Origin: a virus
Virus record (IMG/VR): IMGVR_UViG_3300044641_004147
Location: 29,347 to 93,346 of that record
Direction: 5' to 3' (one strand)
DNA: 64,000 nt
Within the stretch, counting starts at the first letter, position 1. Every line of letters begins with the position of its first letter. Of this stretch, positions 41,229-51,103 are shown one piece after another. The notes beneath the pieces were generated by a model. It made no database searches, was not told where the DNA came from, and saw nothing but the letters and a program-made list of their open reading frames with translations. A program made the position numbers and the translations under genes.

Positions 41229-44200
41229 ATGAAAATTGCTATCATTGACATAATCGGACTTCCATACGATGGCACCACGGTATACCGCCAAGGACTAGGT
41301 GGATCTGAAAGTGCTGTTACCTACATGAGTGCAGAACTGGCCGCACTGGGATTTGAGGTAACAGTATTCAATAACTGTAACATCGACCACGCACAGGCCG
41401 GCAAGTACTCGGGCGTAACTTACCGCCCACTTTCAGATCTTGCCCACGATCACTATTTTGACATTGTGGTCAGCAGTCGCACTATTATTCCGTTTATGCC
41501 GCCGGAACGGTATCATGAATTGCAGGACAATCGTGCTATGCCACTGCAAGGTTATAATATCTATAACCGAATCTGTGCTCAGGCAAAGATGCGTGTGCTT
41601 TGGATGCATGACACATTTTGTCTTGGTGATAACTATATCGAAGAATTAGCAGTCGGCAATCGCATCACAGATATTTTCACACTCAGCGACTTTCATTTAA
41701 CCTATGTGGCCAACTGCAACCATGGCCGTCGTAGAAACTTTGAAGTACTAAAGTCAAAACTGTTTATCACTCGCAACGGTGCTAAAAAGTTTGATGTTCC
41801 AGTTAATGTATCCGCCAAGGACCGTAACTTATTTGTTTACAATGCGTCTGTGACCAAAGGCATGATACCATTGGTTAACGAAATTTGGCCCATGGTACGA
41901 CAAGTCATACCTACTGCAAGATTAAAGGTCATTGGCGGCTATTATAGATTCAGCGAGGCACATGGTCCCGACCAACAAGAGCAAGATTGGCGGCGTATGG
42001 TTGCAGACCCAAAGTATTCTGCCCAGGGCATAGAGTTCACTGGTGTTATTCCACAAAGTGAAATTGCAGAAATACTAGCACAGGCCTACATGATGATCTA
42101 TCCTGGAGCATTTCCAGAGACATTTGGCATCAGCAGTTTAGAAAGTTTAATTTACAATACACCTGTGGCCACTTGCAGGTTTGGTGCCTTAGAAGAAATT
42201 GTGCCGGAGTTGGCAGGCTACCACTTAGATTATGCCATTGAGCCCAACAGTCTATTCACAGATATAGATCGTAGTCGTCAGTGTCAGCTATTTGCTGACA
42301 TGGTTATTCGTGCATGGAATAACCCATACCTACACCAGCAAAAACAATATTACTGTAATGCAGTCAAAGACATTGCCGGTTGGGATAGTGTAGCCTTACA
42401 GTGGAAGCAATGGTTCTATCGCAAAACCGGTAACTATCTCAGCAGAGATCAGTACCGCCGTGTGAGTAAAATAAACCATGCAGTACATAAAATCTGGGGT
42501 CGTAGATACACCAACACTGTAGAATTTGAATCATACAAATCCGGCCAAGAACAACCTATTCGTGTAGTCAGTACTTTTTATAATGCCGAACAATACATCG
42601 GCAAGTTTATTACCAGTGTGGCCTGTCAAGACTACAACAGCTACGAAGTTTATATGGTCAATGATGCCAGCACTGACAGTACTGCGGCAGCAATTCATAG
42701 TGCGCTGGCTCAGCTGCCTGCAGAAATTGCACAAAAGTTTCATGTAGTCAACAACAGAGAAAATCGTGGCGCAGTGGCTAACCAAGTGGCAGTGCTTCGT
42801 GCCTTGGCAGACACAGACAGTATTGTAATGGTCATTGACGGTGACGATTGGTTAGTCAATGACAACAGTATATTCAGCTACTACAACACCGTCTATGATG
42901 GCACCGTAGAATTTACCTATGGTAGTTGCTGGAGTGTAGTTGATAATATTCCGTTGATTAGCCAACCCTACCCTGCGGAGATTAAACAGGCCCGTGCTTA
43001 TAGAAAACATCAGTTTAACTGGATACTACCTTACACACACCTGCGTACATTTAAATCTCAATTGATTAAAAATATACCTGACAGTGCATTTCAAGACAGT
43101 CACGGACAATGGTATCGAGCTGGCGGAGATGGCAGTACCTTTTACAATTTAATCGAAGCTGCTGATCCTGCGGGTGTTCGTTGCTTGCCCGAGATTGTTT
43201 ACTGTTACAACGATGCCAGCCCGCTTAACGATTACAAAGTCAACGGCCAAGAACAAAATCGTACAGCACAAGAAATAGTCAATAGAACCACAGAAGAAAA
43301 GAAAGAATCACCTAAAATGGATTACATCCCAGTATTAGAAAACGAATATCAGTGGGCCTGCGACACGCCCAGCGACATTAACCAACACCTGCCACTGCTG
43401 AGGTCCTTGGCCGACGAGTGCAACACTGTGGTTGAATTGGGTGTGCGTACTGGAATCTCTACCAGAGCATTGTTAGTCAGCAGGGCTCGTTTATACAGCT
43501 ATGATATTAGCTTAGAGCAGTCAGTGACCAATCTGTTTAATTTGGCCAAGCAAGCCGGAAAAGTCTGTAGTTATGAATCTGCTGACAGTTTGACAATGAC
43601 TATTCCGGAAACTGATTTACTGTTCATTGACACATATCATACCTATGCACAGTTATCGGCTGAACTCAGACAGCATCACAGTCGTGCAAAAAAATATATA
43701 GCCTTCCACGACACATTTACCTATGGATTAAAAACAGATCAAGACCCTAAGAAAGGTATACTGACAGCCATTATGGAGTTCATGGTTGAACATCCTGAAT
43801 GGCGTTTGAAATATCACACTTCTGAGAACAATGGATTTACAGTTTTAGAAAAGTCTGCACCAGCATCTAAGTCAGTGACTACAATGGCAAAGAAGATTCT
43901 AGTGGCTATTCCTACTGCTAGAAATATCGAAGCAGAAACTTTTAAAAGCATTTACGATCTAGAAGTGCCCGACGGATACAGGGTTGATTTTCAATATTTC
44001 TATGGCTACAACATTGATCAGGTACGCAACTTAATTGCCGACTGGGTAGTTCGTGGCTATGATTATCTGTTTAGTGTAGATTCAGACATTGCGTTTCCAC
44101 CAGATACACTAAAGAGGTTATTAGCACACAATGTTGACATGGTATCGGGACTGTATATTCAACGCAAGCCCGGGCAACACACTTTAGAAGTCTACGAACA

Positions 44201-45173
44201 TAACGGTCAGGGTGGCGTCAGTAATATTCCCTACGGAAAAATCAAAGGGCGCGGTCTAGTAGAAATTGCCAGTTCTGGCTTTGGCTGTGTGTTGGTCCGG
44301 GGCGAAGTTATGCGAGCTATTCCGTATCCGCACTTCAAATATCACAGCGCCATTGATCATCGTAACACCATCAGCGAAGATGTGGATTTCTGCAAAAAGG
44401 CGTTAGCTCAAGGATTTAAGATTTGGGCAGACACAGACATTCAATGCCGACACATTGGCAGTTCAGAATTTCTAGTAGATAACAATATTCCTGCTGTGGA
44501 AACACCTGTGGTTAACATACAGGATCGTCTGCGCGAATTAGGCAATCAGCGACTGCTGCCTAAAACGCATATAGACTATCTGTTGCAGTTAAAGTTGTCA
44601 GGATACACCCCTAAGGTAGTCTATGACATTGGCAGTTGCGTTATGCATTGGACCAATGAATCATTGAGAATTTGGCCCGATGCTCATTATGTGTTGTTTG
44701 AGGCTATGCCATCTGTGGAATTTTTATATCAAGAGCGCGGAATCAGAGATTATCACATTGGAGTGTTAGCTTCCGAGTCTGGCCGTACTGTGGAATTCTG
44801 GCAAAATGATTACCATCCTGGTGGCAACAGCTACTACAAAGAAAATGTGGCTATTAACCCTGGTGTTCCTGAATACTTTATGCGTAAGTACACAACAAAA
44901 ACATTGGCCGAAGTAGTGGCACAGCGTCAGTTTCCCTTGCCCGATCTGGTTAAAATGGATGTGCAAGGTGCCGAAATGGATATTGTTCGTGGTGCAGAAG
45001 GTATTATTAAACATGCCCAACATGTTATATTAGAATTGCAAAAAGTTGAATACAATACTGGCGCACCACTGCACCAAGAAGTAATTGCATATATGGATCA
45101 ACTGGGCTTTGACTGTCTGGGCATTTTCAGTGACAACGGCCCGGACGGTGACTATCACTTTGTTCGCCGATAA
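41229..45173 (+). CDS. Five-domain fusion: GT-B (GT4-like) + GT-A (GT2-like) + class I SAM methyltransferase + GT-A + FkbM-family methyltransferase
   Basis: GLGGSE...ETFGISSLES (GT4); TFYNAE..VNDASTD..IDGDD (GT2); VELGVRTG..LLFIDTYH..AFHD (MTase); VAIPT..VDSD..GFGCVL..SEDVDFC (GT-A); VYDIGS..FEA..KMDVQGAE (FkbM). The true start is ATG 41229, giving 1314 aa. Confidence 0.85.
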   Translation: MKIAIIDIIGLPYDGTTVYRQGLGGSESAVTYMSAELAALGFEVTVFNNCNIDHAQAGKYSGVTYRPLSDLAHDHYFDIVVSSRTIIPFMPPERYHELQDNRAMPLQGYNIYNRICAQAKMRVLWMHDTFCLGDNYIEELAVGNRITDIFTLSDFHLTYVANCNHGRRRNFEVLKSKLFITRNGAKKFDVPVNVSAKDRNLFVYNASVTKGMIPLVNEIWPMVRQVIPTARLKVIGGYYRFSEAHGPDQQEQDWRRMVADPKYSAQGIEFTGVIPQSEIAEILAQAYMMIYPGAFPETFGISSLESLIYNTPVATCRFGALEEIVPELAGYHLDYAIEPNSLFTDIDRSRQCQLFADMVIRAWNNPYLHQQKQYYCNAVKDIAGWDSVALQWKQWFYRKTGNYLSRDQYRRVSKINHAVHKIWGRRYTNTVEFESYKSGQEQPIRVVSTFYNAEQYIGKFITSVACQDYNSYEVYMVNDASTDSTAAAIHSALAQLPAEIAQKFHVVNNRENRGAVANQVAVLRALADTDSIVMVIDGDDWLVNDNSIFSYYNTVYDGTVEFTYGSCWSVVDNIPLISQPYPAEIKQARAYRKHQFNWILPYTHLRTFKSQLIKNIPDSAFQDSHGQWYRAGGDGSTFYNLIEAADPAGVRCLPEIVYCYNDASPLNDYKVNGQEQNRTAQEIVNRTTEEKKESPKMDYIPVLENEYQWACDTPSDINQHLPLLRSLADECNTVVELGVRTGISTRALLVSRARLYSYDISLEQSVTNLFNLAKQAGKVCSYESADSLTMTIPETDLLFIDTYHTYAQLSAELRQHHSRAKKYIAFHDTFTYGLKTDQDPKKGILTAIMEFMVEHPEWRLKYHTSENNGFTVLEKSAPASKSVTTMAKKILVAIPTARNIEAETFKSIYDLEVPDGYRVDFQYFYGYNIDQVRNLIADWVVRGYDYLFSVDSDIAFPPDTLKRLLAHNVDMVSGLYIQRKPGQHTLEVYEHNGQGGVSNIPYGKIKGRGLVEIASSGFGCVLVRGEVMRAIPYPHFKYHSAIDHRNTISEDVDFCKKALAQGFKIWADTDIQCRHIGSSEFLVDNNIPAVETPVVNIQDRLRELGNQRLLPKTHIDYLLQLKLSGYTPKVVYDIGSCVMHWTNESLRIWPDAHYVLFEAMPSVEFLYQERGIRDYHIGVLASESGRTVEFWQNDYHPGGNSYYKENVAINPGVPEYFMRKYTTKTLAEVVAQRQFPLPDLVKMDVQGAEMDIVRGAEGIIKHAQHVILELQKVEYNTGAPLHQEVIAYMDQLGFDCLGIFSDNGPDGDYHFVRR

Positions 45174-45176
45174 ATA
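45171..45176 (+). promoter_or_regulatory. Late promoter TAAATA overlapping a stop codon
   Basis: cgaTAAATAac, followed by AGAGG SD and ATG 45194. Confidence 0.55.
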
Positions 45177-45193
45177 ACTTAAAGAGGCAGGCT

Positions 45194-45373
45194 ATGAGAC
45201 TAAAGGAATTTATCAGAACAACATTCAACAATGACGGCGTACTAGATGTCTATGAGCATGGCCGTCACGAAGTTAACCAACCATTTAACAGCGAAACTGG
45301 CGAAAAGTTCAAGGATCAAGACGAAGCATTGTCTTGGTTATTAAAATACTACCCTAATTATTTTACGCCCTGA
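45194..45373 (+). CDS. 59-aa hypothetical protein (MRLKEFIRTTF...YFTP), absent from the ORF track
   Basis: Has its own late promoter and SD. The QPF...G..F...DEA..W motif is shared with 13175..13426. Confidence 0.65.
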   Translation: MRLKEFIRTTFNNDGVLDVYEHGRHEVNQPFNSETGEKFKDQDEALSWLLKYYPNYFTP

Positions 45374-45789
45374 TTTAGCAGGCGTTGCACCGTTTTTAGT
45401 TTTTCGATAACTTCGTTAAAATTAATGGTGCGCCAAACGCCAGGGTGCAAGGGCTTTGGATGATCTTCGACTGCACACCAAGCGTACCCTTTGTGTTCTT
45501 CGTTGAGCACAGGCACAAACTCATCATCCACAGGAATTAAAAATGTGTGATAAGTGAATTTGTTGTTTTCGCTGGTAAACTTTTCAATTGGATACAGTTT
45601 GGCATTGGGTATAACGCCGCCCAATTCTTCTTCAATTTCTCTGGCTAGGCCTTCTGACACAGTTTCGCCTCGCTCTATTTTGCCGCCAGGTAAACCCCAG
45701 GTATTAGCATATTTGTTTCCGCTACGCAGTAGGAACAAATATCGTTTGGTGCTAATACTGTAAATTAGTGCTCCAGTACTTTCAATCAA
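45358..45789 (-). CDS. Nudix hydrolase
   Basis: Nudix box GGKIERGETVSEGLAREIEEELG; the start overlaps the gp15-like stop. Confidence 0.9.
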   Translation of the reverse strand: MIESTGALIYSISTKRYLFLLRSGNKYANTWGLPGGKIERGETVSEGLAREIEEELGGVIPNAKLYPIEKFTSENNKFTYHTFLIPVDDEFVPVLNEEHKGYAWCAVEDHPKPLHPGVWRTINFNEVIEKLKTVQRLLNQGVK

Positions 45790-47153
45790 ATCGTTAAACT
45801 CCAGCGTGAATTATCATAACGACCTTCGACGCTCTTAGTCCAAATATTATTTTCCCATTTGTACTGAGCGCCAGTGGTCATGTTAGTAACATATTCTACA
45901 CTGGATGTGGCCTGGCTGTCAAATGCTACGGTCCAATAAAGGCCATTAAATTCCACAATATCGTTGGCATTGGCAATCAATTGTGTGTAGCCTGGCGGAT
46001 TCCAAGCCGATGCTGGATCTGTGTTATCTGGATGACCCACGGCATGTAACAGCAAATATCTAGCACCATTGTTTGGAGTCAACAAATTAGCATTGACATC
46101 AATGGTCTGCGGATTAATAATAGCATCCACTGGGTCTAGCGTGTTAGTTGGCACAGTATCCATGTCTGGTGTATAGAGAACCAATGTGTCGTCACTGGGG
46201 TGTAGTGCAATAGTGCCCACTAGCTCACTGCCATTGGCTTGCATCATTCTAACACGGCTAATACCATTTCGGATTCCGCCGTACTGTGTTGTTAGTGCTT
46301 GCCAGCTGTGCGAAGTTCGAAGATTAATTTCGTCTGTGATGGTAGTTTCTGTAGCCGACAAATCGTTTTTCTTTAGCAGTCTTAGAGTGTTACCGTTGTA
46401 GACAATGTCATAGTTGTCAAAGGTCAAGTAGACAAATGCTAATTCAAAGCCGTCCCCATCTGTAGGATCGAGAACACTGCTGATAATTTTATGAATAACA
46501 CCTAGTTGTTTGACCTTGGCCGGAGCACTTATCCAAATTGGTAGTTCAAAGGTTAAGCTGGCAATGTCAATATTTTCTTCTGTGCCCACAGGCACACTGC
46601 GATTGCTCCAACTAATATCTGTTAACAATACATAGCTTAAACTGGTCCAGTCGATATAGTTGTCGGTGCTTTGAATTTCCATTGCCGGGTTGAACATGAT
46701 CATGATCTGTTCCAGCAATTGTAGTTTTTGTTCAGTGTTACTGGTCCATACATCTACTTTAAGAGTTAGTTTGTATGGCACTGGCATCAGACGCTCAACA
46801 GTATAAGTGCCGCCTTGTTGATCTGTGTACTGTCCAGTGGATTCATCATAACCACGGGTGCGAATATTCATTTTACTAACAAAGTTAGGTTCTTGCACTC
46901 GCTCACGATCATAGGTTAATTGGTTAATATGCACAGCCATGGCTGGCACAGCCTTGATAGTATTTTCACTGTTTTGTCTTAGTATTTGACTGGCCTGTCT
47001 ACTGGCATCACCATAAAACACCGGCACACGCTGATAAACAGCATGACCTTGGTCGTCGTTACTGAGTTGAACTTGAAAGTTACTCATAATCCTGACAAAC
47101 TGTGTCAGGAATCTGCGTATTTGTCTGTCGTAGAAAAATGTAGTATAGCTCAT
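45786..47153 (-). CDS. Tail sheath stabilizer/terminator, T4 gp15-like, with C-terminal extension
   Basis: FFYDRQIRRFLTQF..RVPVFYG..YDRER..PVPYKL..QLLEQI..FNP motifs. Confidence 0.75.
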   Translation of the reverse strand: MSYTTFFYDRQIRRFLTQFVRIMSNFQVQLSNDDQGHAVYQRVPVFYGDASRQASQILRQNSENTIKAVPAMAVHINQLTYDRERVQEPNFVSKMNIRTRGYDESTGQYTDQQGGTYTVERLMPVPYKLTLKVDVWTSNTEQKLQLLEQIMIMFNPAMEIQSTDNYIDWTSLSYVLLTDISWSNRSVPVGTEENIDIASLTFELPIWISAPAKVKQLGVIHKIISSVLDPTDGDGFELAFVYLTFDNYDIVYNGNTLRLLKKNDLSATETTITDEINLRTSHSWQALTTQYGGIRNGISRVRMMQANGSELVGTIALHPSDDTLVLYTPDMDTVPTNTLDPVDAIINPQTIDVNANLLTPNNGARYLLLHAVGHPDNTDPASAWNPPGYTQLIANANDIVEFNGLYWTVAFDSQATSSVEYVTNMTTGAQYKWENNIWTKSVEGRYDNSRWSLTI

Positions 47154-48334
47154 CAGTTATCAGGATTAGGTTTAAGAGCTTGGCTGAGACCTTGACGCTC
47201 TTGATGCGTACCAGCATTGTCAGCAAAAGTACGATTGTTGTTAATAAATCCACTCTTAAGAGTTTGATTCTGCGCTCCAGGAGTCAACGGACTGCGAACA
47301 TTGTCTTCAATCTTGACCCAGCGTTTACCGTCAAATCTAAATAACCTATTAGGTACATAATCTACACGCAGACAGTAATCACCGGTATTGGGCGCAGATG
47401 GAAAGCTAATACCAGAAACCAATGGAAATCCGTTTGGTGCTTGCCCGTCTCCGGTTAACCACCCTTTGACTTTGGCGTCTGGGCTGATTCTAGCCAAGTC
47501 TGCAGATATCATTAAGTCGCTGGCATCGGCACCTAACAATGTATTAGAAGCAAAATTATCAGCAGTGACAACTTTACTAGGAGCAGCCTGCCCACTGGTG
47601 TCCAATGGCTGTATAAAAATACCCGAGGTATCATACCCACTTTTTGGCACTTCAACTTCTGCCTGTTGCACAATGGCGTCATTGATATCAGTGTAGGTAT
47701 TGTAAGTGCTGATCACATCTCTTAGAGTCATTTCTTCACCGTTGGCACCTGTTTCAATTTTATTGAGGATATCTTTGTATTCCTGGCTGTCCACCAGTGG
47801 GTTAATCTTACAACGCCACAGGTGTGGCCACCAAGTTGGACTAAAGCCTTCACTGGCTCGTTGGCAGTCGCCAACTATAAAAAATCTCTTTAGTGCCACA
47901 GGCACATCGTTTAATGCATCGTAATCTTTGAGATGCAATAGCTCAATGACATCGCCGCTCATAATTTTGCGACCTACTAAGTTGACCATGTCATTGATGT
48001 GGAATGTTAAAAACAGCGTACCAGTGGCTAAAAATAGTCCAAACTGTGTTAGGTCAAAATCGCTGTCACTAACCTGATAAATTCCACGCATAGGATATAC
48101 CGTGGTGTCATAGACTCTGTCACGGTTTTCTAAAAACAGCAGGTCTTGAATCTGCTGTTCGCTTTGGTTGGCATACTGTGGCTGTGTGTAATCGTCAACG
48201 CCTTGATTTCTAGTACCTAGATACTTGTGTACCAAGACGCCCGTTCCGCCCACAGTGAACATTTCCGAAATTCTACGGTCAAAGAACTTGTAGTCGTTTG
48301 AGTGATTTTCGCGCCAGAGCGATAAACGAGGCAT
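47153..48334 (-). CDS. Neck protein, T4 gp14-like
   Basis: IQDLLFLENRDR..LTQFGLF..GRKIMSGDVIEL motifs; adjacent to the gp15-like gene; AAGGA SD. Confidence 0.65.
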   Translation of the reverse strand: MPRLSLWRENHSNDYKFFDRRISEMFTVGGTGVLVHKYLGTRNQGVDDYTQPQYANQSEQQIQDLLFLENRDRVYDTTVYPMRGIYQVSDSDFDLTQFGLFLATGTLFLTFHINDMVNLVGRKIMSGDVIELLHLKDYDALNDVPVALKRFFIVGDCQRASEGFSPTWWPHLWRCKINPLVDSQEYKDILNKIETGANGEEMTLRDVISTYNTYTDINDAIVQQAEVEVPKSGYDTSGIFIQPLDTSGQAAPSKVVTADNFASNTLLGADASDLMISADLARISPDAKVKGWLTGDGQAPNGFPLVSGISFPSAPNTGDYCLRVDYVPNRLFRFDGKRWVKIEDNVRSPLTPGAQNQTLKSGFINNNRTFADNAGTHQERQGLSQALKPNPDN

Positions 48335-48355
48335 AAATGGGTATCCTTATTGCTA

Positions 48356-48361
48356 TATTTA
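48356..48361 (-). promoter_or_regulatory. Late promoter TAAATA for the gp14-gp15-Nudix operon
   Basis: The minus strand reads caTAAATAtagcaataaggatacccatttATG. Confidence 0.65.
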
Positions 48362-48366
48362 TGGAC

Positions 48367-48395
48367 TTGACAAACTATAATTTTGGATGTATAAT
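48367..48395 (+). promoter_or_regulatory. Consensus sigma70 promoter, leaderless
   Basis: TTGACA, 17 bp, TATAAT; ATG at 48402 follows after 6 nt. Confidence 0.85.
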
Positions 48396-48401
48396 AGTGA
48401 A

Positions 48402-48662
48402 ATGCAGGAGCGTCACGACTTAAACCGAAAAAAACTGGAAGAGTGCTTTGCCCAGTTGCAGGGTATGAGTATGGTACCAAAAAGTAAAATGTTTAAGTTT
48501 TACAAAAATGCCAGCGTGGCATTCACGGACTTAGACAAAGAATTTGTAGAATGTCGGCGACTCAAGCATATTTCGTCCAGATACGAAACACTGGAACAAC
48601 AGTACAACGAATGTATTACAGTTTTTGAACAGTGGAGCATAATGGCTACCCTGATGTACTGA
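48402..48662 (+). CDS. Hypothetical helical protein (86 aa), early gene
   Basis: In-frame ATG at the predicted +1 of the sigma70 promoter. Confidence 0.7.
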   Translation: MQERHDLNRKKLEECFAQLQGMSMVPKSKMFKFYKNASVAFTDLDKEFVECRRLKHISSRYETLEQQYNECITVFEQWSIMATLMY

Positions 48663-48663
48663 C

Positions 48664-48692
48664 TTGACAAACGGTTCAAAATCTGCTATAAT
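48664..48692 (+). promoter_or_regulatory. Consensus sigma70 promoter with extended -10
   Basis: TTGACA, 17 bp, TGcTATAAT; AAGGAG SD before 48721. Confidence 0.85.
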
Positions 48693-48720
48693 TAATAAAT
48701 TACAGTAAAGGAGTTGTCTT

Positions 48721-49878
48721 ATGGCTACAGTTGCTGGCGTTAAAATTAAAACCAAAGCACCTAAAATTCGAAATCCCCTGTTTGCTGATGAAAAGTACAC
48801 AGGCTCAGAGCCAGAGTGGCCAACTGAGGCAAAAGATTGGGACGATGCTAAATTCGACAATCTGTTGCGCCGTAGCTTCTACTACTACAATTATTACTAC
48901 AACCAAAAAGAAACTAAAAAACATGTGGTAGATTGGATGCGCCGTAGCACAGAATTCGACAAAGACGAAATTCGTGCCTTTGAGCGAGCCAACGATCGTT
49001 GGTTGCCCATGACCGCTTGCAGTTTGATACTGGCGCATCGCAAAGGCATGCCGTTCCGCACTCGTCACAGTGACTATCTCAATAAGACTATCTTGGAAAT
49101 TATTGAGCGCAGTCGCGAAGAAATCGAAGAAGTTGTTGCCACACCAGAGCAGGTTGCAGTTCGCCCTACTATCCAAGATCGTTTGGCAGAAAAGACCGGT
49201 GAGCTAATTGGCGAACTTGAAGGTCACTATGACGAAATGGATACCAGTACAGTTAAGTTCTATGATTGGTTTGTGGCCAATAATGTAGTTCAGAGCCAAT
49301 TGGGCAGGTACGAAGCACTTTACACCCGGCGTCTTGAAGAACTAGAAGAAGCACAGACAAAGAAAGACCCACAGCTCAAGGAAGCCTACAGCCACTTTAA
49401 AGCCGTGGATTTTAAGAAGCGTATTAGTTGGATCAACGATTTGTTGAGTGCCATTGAGCAGTATCGCGGCGTTAAAAAGGCCGCTAAAAAAGCTCGTGTT
49501 AAAAAGGCTCCTAGCAAAGAAAAGGTAGTGGCCAAACTCAAGTACGCCAAAGATGACAAGGCAATGAAGATTGTCAGTATTAATCCTGCAGACATTGTAG
49601 GGGCCGCAGAGCTTTGGATTTACAATAACAAGACTCGTAAGCTGGGCAAATATGTTGCTGGCAGTTATCATACTCTAGGTGTTAAAGGTACTACAATTAC
49701 CGGATACGACCCTGATAAAAGTGTGGCAAAAACTCTACGCAAGCCCGAAGAACAGCTTAAAGAGTTTGCCAAAGCAGGCAAGATTGCACTACGCACCTTT
49801 ATTAAGGAGATCAAAGCAGTCGAAGTCAAACTCAACGGGCGCATTAACACAGATACTCTGCTACTGCGTATAGGCTAA
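48721..49878 (+). CDS. Hypothetical basic protein (385 aa), early gene
   Basis: Strong promoter and SD; Lys-rich C-terminal domain; no function recognised. Confidence 0.8.
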   Translation: MATVAGVKIKTKAPKIRNPLFADEKYTGSEPEWPTEAKDWDDAKFDNLLRRSFYYYNYYYNQKETKKHVVDWMRRSTEFDKDEIRAFERANDRWLPMTACSLILAHRKGMPFRTRHSDYLNKTILEIIERSREEIEEVVATPEQVAVRPTIQDRLAEKTGELIGELEGHYDEMDTSTVKFYDWFVANNVVQSQLGRYEALYTRRLEELEEAQTKKDPQLKEAYSHFKAVDFKKRISWINDLLSAIEQYRGVKKAAKKARVKKAPSKEKVVAKLKYAKDDKAMKIVSINPADIVGAAELWIYNNKTRKLGKYVAGSYHTLGVKGTTITGYDPDKSVAKTLRKPEEQLKEFAKAGKIALRTFIKEIKAVEVKLNGRINTDTLLLRIG

Positions 49879-49894
49879 GTTCGAGTTCGACTCC

Positions 49895-49929
49895 AGTCCT
49901 GTGCATAAATACTTGCACAGGACTTTTTT
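49895..49929 (+). terminator. Perfect 11-bp hairpin plus T-tract, with late promoter TAAATA in the loop and the gp13 SD in the 3' arm
   Basis: AGTCCTGTGCA-TAAATACT-TGCACAGGACT-TTTTT-ATG. Confidence 0.85.
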
Positions 49930-51060
49930 ATGGCTACACTTAAACCAGGTTTAACGCCGACTGGCGCACTTATTACAGACAACCTAGGCGGCCCCGGGCA
50001 GATCGCTTTTGATCCTACGCCACTGGATTCTTTAAGTCAAAAGAAAAACGAAATCATTGACTACATCAGACTACGCCTAGGCGATCAAATTGTCGATGTT
50101 GAACTAGACAAAGAACACTACGAGCTGGCTATAAAAAATGCATTTAACAGATACAGACAGCGGGCTCAGAACAGCGTCGAAGAAAGCTATGCTTTCCTAG
50201 AGTTACTGCCTAACACACAAGAATATATACTGCCACAGGAAATAATGACTGTTCGCAGTGTTTATCGCAGAGGTATCGGCAGTGTCACAGGAACCACAGC
50301 CAGCCAATTTGAACCTTTTGCATCAGGGTATTTGAACACTTACATGCTGGTAGCTGGCCGCGTAGGTGGTCTAGTTAACTACGAATTGTTTACACAATAT
50401 CAAGAGCTGGCTATGAAGATGTTTGGTGGCCATATTGACTTTACTTGGAACCCTTCTACACGAAAACTTACACTGATTCGTAAGATTCCCGATCAAACAA
50501 CCACTTACATTCGATTGAATAGCATGACTGCCTCCGGTTTAACTCCAGGCAGTACAATTACACTGGCTACCAGCACATCTACCTCAGTGGCTGTTGGTGC
50601 TAGCCTTGTTATTAATAACTGCCCTATAGCAGGATACAATAACAACTATATGGTTACCGCAGTAGATACTGTGCTACAGACTCTTACTGTAACAGCAGTA
50701 CAAGCTCTAGGTGCAACCAGTGTCACAGGGTTTGATCTAAGTAAAACTCGTGTCAGTAGCCCTGCCACAGATGTTCCAGCAGAAGTGGTAATGTTACGCA
50801 CTTACAATCATAAACCTGATGTAATGTTGCTTAACGATCACTTTATCTTTCCCTGGATTCAGGACTATGCTTATAGTTTTGCCAAGCGTATTGTTGGTGA
50901 AGCTCGTAGTAAGTTTCAAACCATTGCTGGACCGCAGGGCGGAACCAGTCTAAACGGTGACGCACTTAAAACCGAAGCACAGGCCGAAATGGAAAAACTA
51001 GAAGAAGAGTTAAAGAACTATGTTGACGGTTCGGCCCCTCTAACCTGGGTTATCGGCTAA
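49930..51060 (+). CDS. Neck protein, T4 gp13-like, with an inserted beta-rich domain
   Basis: IIDYIRLRLGDQIVDVELD...WIQDYA...GEARSKF..IAGPQGGTSLNGDALKTEA motifs. Confidence 0.85.
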   Translation: MATLKPGLTPTGALITDNLGGPGQIAFDPTPLDSLSQKKNEIIDYIRLRLGDQIVDVELDKEHYELAIKNAFNRYRQRAQNSVEESYAFLELLPNTQEYILPQEIMTVRSVYRRGIGSVTGTTASQFEPFASGYLNTYMLVAGRVGGLVNYELFTQYQELAMKMFGGHIDFTWNPSTRKLTLIRKIPDQTTTYIRLNSMTASGLTPGSTITLATSTSTSVAVGASLVINNCPIAGYNNNYMVTAVDTVLQTLTVTAVQALGATSVTGFDLSKTRVSSPATDVPAEVVMLRTYNHKPDVMLLNDHFIFPWIQDYAYSFAKRIVGEARSKFQTIAGPQGGTSLNGDALKTEAQAEMEKLEEELKNYVDGSAPLTWVIG

Positions 51061-51068
51061 TTAAATCC

Positions 51069-51097
51069 TTGACAAAATTGCTATTAACTCATACAAT
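51069..51097 (+). promoter_or_regulatory. Sigma70 promoter, leaderless
   Basis: TTGACA, 17 bp, TACAAT; ATG 51104 follows after 6 nt. Confidence 0.8.
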
Positions 51098-51103
51098 CGC
51101 TGT

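Noticed and set aside
49879-49900. GTTCGACTCC resembling a tRNA T-loop
   Set aside because: There is no T-stem pairing and no room for a cloverleaf between the stop at 49878 and the hairpin.
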